DNA of 64,000 nucleotides from Paecilomyces variotii (Eukaryota): NCBI GenBank assembly GCA_004022145.1, contig RCNU01000001.1; one strand, 5' to 3'. Shown piece by piece: positions 63,031 to 64,000 of this stretch (position 1 is its first letter; each line of letters starts with the position of its first letter). The notes under the pieces were generated by a model. It saw only the letters and a program-made list of their open reading frames with translations, ran no database searches and was not told where the DNA came from. The position numbers and the translations under genes were made by a program.

Positions 63031-64000
63031 TCAGGCAGAAGTGCTAACAGCGCTACTGGTAGCAGTAGCACTCATAGGGGGCAAGCTACCCATTCCAGCC
63101 ATGTTCATGCTGAAGTTGTCATTGACTTCAGCTCCCTCTTCAGTCCAATAACCCTCAGGCGAGAGGAAATCGTCTCTCGTGCTATTCACAGCGATCGAGA
63201 TCCAGGCAAAGATGCCATCTGATACATCGTCACCCAGCAAGACGTATTCCACGAAGGGGTCAGTCGTATCAGCCTCCGTTGCAAGGATGCTGTCGTTAGA
63301 GTTCTCTGTCAACTCCTGCGTGTTGGTCGAATAGGGGGTGTTCTTCTCGACCTCGGTGATGAGATCCTGATCAAAGAAAATCTGACCGACATGCGACGAA
63401 TGCGTGTCATACATGCCAGCAAGGGTGCCGTTAGGAAGAATCCTCGTCTCATTGGCGGGATATGTGACAACTGTTAAGAAATCGTCAGCAAGAGATCTAT
63501 ATAATAGGGAAAGATTCTAAGTTGTCAACGTACCATGGATATGCACGGCTCTGCCCGAATAGTGACCAGGGAAGATGCTCTCGAAATGGACCACGCCATC
63601 ATTGCCGCTAGGTTGGATACCGCGAAGGAAAGTAGTATCGGCATTCTCAGTATCGTTCGAGTTGCCGTTTCCATTTGCCACTACACCAGAATAAACACCC
63701 TATGATGAAGTCAGGCATATAGAACAGCGTTTATTCAAAACAAGCTGGTGCACTGACCGTTGCGTTACAATGCCATATATCGGTATAGATGTTCGGCATA
63801 GGGTTGCAAGTATTCGTATCGACAAGCTGGATGTCGAGATAGAGGGGGACACCCTGCTGATCCTCAACCACATTCTTACGGATCAGCTCACCGGCAACGT
63901 CTATCGAAGTCAGTACACTTTTATTTGTGAATGCGGTCCTGGTCTTTCTCACAATAGGGTCCTTGCGTAACTTCAGGCTGTACGACACAAGTTCCTTCTG
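63031..64000 (-). CDS. Extracellular intradiol ring-cleavage dioxygenase-like protein, 5' end outside the window
   Basis: GVPLYLDIQLVDTNTC, DIWHCNAT|GVYSG, FLRGIQ, FPGHYSGRAVHIH, HVGQIFFDQ; Ser/Thr/Ala tail. Confidence 0.88.

Noticed and set aside
1-64000. Functional cluster of RNA-processing and DNA-repair genes; CRISPR arrays; rRNA/tRNA genes
   Set aside because: Co-location is explained by ordinary ancestral synteny; no CRISPR, rRNA or tRNA pattern was recognised in this eukaryotic window.

Overview
Intron-rich, gene-dense DNA from a filamentous ascomycete of the Eurotiales (Aspergillus/Paecilomyces-like; GTRNGT..CTRAY..YAG introns, Aspergillus-type AtrR and Vac8). A conserved housekeeping block runs across the window: U1-70K, mitochondrial mL43, a SIM/RING STUbL subunit, PRP19, DUF4604, RIA1/EFL1, CSL4, VAC8, atrR, m-AAA protease, DUF1295, TOP3, then TMEM205-like, KU80, VAM7, DUF676 hydrolase, Gemin2-like, then DPS1, a HAD hydrolase, an F-box protein and an intradiol dioxygenase-like gene. 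Two accessory stretches interrupt it. The first (~29.5-40.6 kb) holds an orphan membrane-anchored coiled-coil protein, gene relics, an APH-type kinase and a sugar-transporter pseudogene broken by a 70-bp palindrome with a loxP-like 13-8-13 core. The second (~52.6-56.8 kb) holds a PD-(D/E)xK nuclease-like gene divergently paired with a kinase-fold gene, reminiscent of nuclease/kinase toxin-antidote systems. The U1-70K and Gemin2-like genes each carry an intron with an internal acceptor plus donor that would give premature-stop isoforms, suggesting autoregulation by unproductive splicing. All family calls come from motif recognition only; no searches were run.
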